Made by a program: the position numbers and the translations under genes. Shown piece after piece: positions 22,405 through 24,931 of a stretch of DNA of 24,931 bases. Origin of the DNA: Octopus sinensis (Eukaryota); the NCBI RefSeq assembly GCF_006345805.1, contig NW_021836246.1, positions 1-24,931 on the forward strand. The letters are read 5' to 3'. Each line of letters starts with the position of its first letter. The stretch's first letter is position 1. The notes beneath the pieces were generated by a model that did not search any database, was not told the DNA's origin, and saw only the letters and a list, made by a program, of their open reading frames with translations.

Positions 22405-22550
22405 AAGCCTGGTACTCATTCTATCGTTCTTTTGGTTAACCGCTAAGTTACGGGGACACAAAGATACCACCACTGGTTCTCAAGTGGCGGTGTGTGTTTT
22501 GAGTATGGCGGTGGGGGAAACACAGACACAAAGACACACATACACATAGA
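22405..22550. mobile_element. Interspersed repeat family E copy
   Basis: 'accgctaagttacggggacacaaa' is shared with 19670-19694 and is followed by the same 'aaagacac...catagatat' ending. Confidence 0.7.
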
Positions 22551-23824
22551 TATATATCCCTATATATATATTTTTTTGTGTGAGGGAAATGGGGAAGACG
22601 AAAACTAGAAATCCGTCGGATGGATTGTGCGTGTAACTAAAAAGGTGCTGCCTTGTCTCACACACTGTTCGACACTGATTCGTCCTGAGAATTGCATTAA
22701 GTATACATGCTTCTGCGCAGCATTCAGCAGAATGCTCGGTAACTCAGGAGCAGATAAGTGAGTTGATCGAACAAGCGAATTTTCCCAAAACTGCGATGAC
22801 AACATCGTTCACGATGTGTGCGTGCGTGTGTATGTGTATGTGTGTATGTGTATGTGTGTATGTGTGTATGTGTGTGTATGTGTGTGTATGTGCGGTGGCT
22901 GGAATCATAGCATTTCCTTTTCAGATATGCGGGGGCTGGTACGAAAAAGGGAGGTAATTACATTCTGACAGAAGGCTTAGATCTCTGAATATTTCCGACA
23001 TAGTAGACACAGATGCAGCCATAGACATCGGATTGATTCTACCACCCAATCACAGAAAGAGTCCCTCTGCTGGGTTTCCACACACTTTACTTCCCGATCT
23101 CCAAAACAGCTCTTACAAGGCTTTACTCGATCCGACGCTATAATACAAAACACTCGTCTAAATTGCTGTGTAATAGGATCGAACAAGAATCCCCAAATTT
23201 GCTAAGTAAGCTTCTAAGCACACAACTACTACTATCTACCCCCCACCCCATGTTGATCCCTTCCTAACCACAGACCCATCTCAATCTACTCCAATATTCT
23301 ATCGTTGTCTGACAGCTGTGACCTTTCCTCGATGCATCCTTAAAATTTTCAGAATATTTCGTTTTCTTTTACTCTCTTTCTCGTTCTTGCTTCTAATTTT
23401 TCCGGTTAATTTATTGAAATAATCCTTTCGAAAGATTCAAAATTTAACGTATTTCAATTATTCATTTGGGTTAATTATTCTTATTTCATTAAGCAACTTT
23501 TCAATTAATTGTTTCTCGTAATTATGCAAAAATTTCTGAAAGAATATTGAAATCGAAATAATGATTATTACTACACGGTTAGAGAAAAGCTATCGTCTTC
23601 AGGTTTCAGTTTGTAGAAATGGCAGAAAGGGTAAAGAACTGATGCGAATACTCTGTTATATTTCATTCTGTTCCTCTAAGTGTTCTGATTTCAAGTCAAG
23701 GTTGTACATATGTAGATTGTATTCATTTCTCAGCGTTGATGGAATACGTACAAGTGATATACAGGTCGATTCCAACAAGCGCTTTTTAAAAATCAGCTCC
23801 TTTATATTTTACCGAATGAAGCCA

Positions 23825-23872
<48 letters not shown>

Positions 23873-23903
23873 TATATATATTTATATATACACTTATATA
23901 TAT

Positions 23904-24021
23904 GCGACGCGCTTTTTACAATTTCAGTCTACCAAATCCACTCACAAAATTTTCGGTTGGCTCGAGGCAATATTTGGAGACACTTGCTCAAGGTGCCACA
24001 CAGTGGGACTTAACCCATGAT
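23904..24021 (-). mobile_element. SINE family D copy, truncated by the family C insertion
   Basis: Closely matches 20473-20585 along its length. Confidence 0.85.
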
Positions 24022-24024
24022 CGC

Positions 24025-24313
24025 CTGATCACACGATCGTCCAGACAATTAGATGTTGTTATACATCGCTGGTCACAATGCTCTTTGTGTCCTTTTAACT
24101 TTGGAATAAGGCCACCCCACTGGCTAGGCGAGCAGGCCAACATTCCTTTGATCGGAAAGCTAGTCTGTCGCAGACCCACACCTTTACAGATGAGTGTACT
24201 GGAACGACGTAAAACGAAGTGTTTTAGTCAAGGACACATTGTGCAGCCGGTCTGGGAATCGAAATCACGATCTTGAGATCGTGCAAGCGTGCTAACCACT
24301 AGGCCACACGCCT
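24025..24313 (-). mobile_element. tRNA-headed SINE: head C, CORE-like body, tail X
   Basis: The sense strand reads 'aggcgtgtggcctagtggttagc...gatttcgattcccagaccgg...gtgtccttgactaaaacacttc', with A box TGGCCTAGTGG. The tail is shared with 16071-16190. Confidence 0.88.
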
Positions 24314-24324
24314 TCATTATAGGG

Positions 24325-24798
24325 TAGTTGTTCTCAACCAGGGTCCATATAAAATTTTATTGTTAAAATTTGTATAATAAATTAGCTATTCTTCTTAATG
24401 TCTAACTATAAAAATAAAATAGGGATTTATTTTTTAAACATTAAATGGCTATGAAGATCCGAAAAAATAATAATAAAACGTCGCACTTTTCAAGCCTAGC
24501 CAGGCTCATGTGCCCGGTTTCTCTGGCGTATGTGTTCCCCACAGCTGGACGGGACGCCAGAAGAGAGAGTGAGAGGAAGTTGTGGCGAAAGAGTACAACA
24601 GGGGTCACCTCCCGCCGGAGCCTCGTGGAGCTTTTAGGTGTTTTCGCTCCATAAACACACACAACGCCCGTTCTGGGAATTGAAACCGCGAGTTCGCTGC
24701 CCTAGCCACTGGACCATTGCGCCTCCGTCTATGAAGATCCACCCGCGTAAAATAGGGACCAAAATGGTCCATAGATGAAAAATGGTTGAGAACAACTT
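24325..24798. mobile_element. hAT-like MITE (about 195 bp after removing the nested SINE)
   Basis: Perfect 15-bp inverted repeats AGTTGTTCTCAACCA (24326-24340) and TGGTTGAGAACAACT (24783-24797), resembling hAT/Charlie CAGTGGTTCTCAA termini. The 8-bp flanks ttataggg and ccatagac match at only 4 of 8 positions. Confidence 0.8.
24461..24728 (-). mobile_element. tRNA-headed SINE: head B plus tail Y, with 12-bp TSD
   Basis: Flanked by identical CTATGAAGATCC at 24449-24460 and 24729-24740. The first 170 bp or so are homologous to 15900-16070, then the sequence switches to a different tail. Confidence 0.93.
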
Positions 24799-24931
24799 CC
24801 ATAGACAATATTCAATAATAAAACAAAAACAAAACAAAATATAATGACCGGTAATGAAATAAAAGATTTTAATTGAGGATTTGCGTAATAAAAATGTTTT
24901 TATTTTCGTTTTTTGTTTCCTCGTAGGACTT

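Noticed and set aside
22977-23210. Complex sequence with open frames on both strands, possibly a LINE or exon fragment
   Set aside because: I recognised no RT, endonuclease or other motif in the frames I translated.

Overview
AT-rich eukaryotic non-coding DNA (intergenic or a large intron), dominated by microsatellites and nested transposon relics. The interspersed repeat families look to me like those of Octopus or another coleoid cephalopod; this is recalled similarity, not a database result. I found no intact host gene, rRNA, true tRNA or CRISPR array, and nearly all long ORFs in the track are microsatellite artefacts. Two protein relics are recognisable: a Helitron/PIF1-type helicase C-terminus (4437-4727, -) and a Tc1/mariner transposase (about 20801-21570, +) split by a SINE with a perfect 12-bp TSD. 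Other elements are several tRNA-headed SINE families with swapped heads and tails, a hAT-like MITE with 15-bp TIRs, and a 47-bp minisatellite built from CATA repeats. The most interesting signals are a decayed Penelope-type minimal hammerhead ribozyme motif downstream of a tRNA-like head (1799-1844), head/tail shuffling among SINEs, D35E spacing in the reconstructed transposase, a structured unique island (7806-7897) and a possible promoter-like motif cluster (about 4950-5350). I cannot claim a new biological system from sequence alone.
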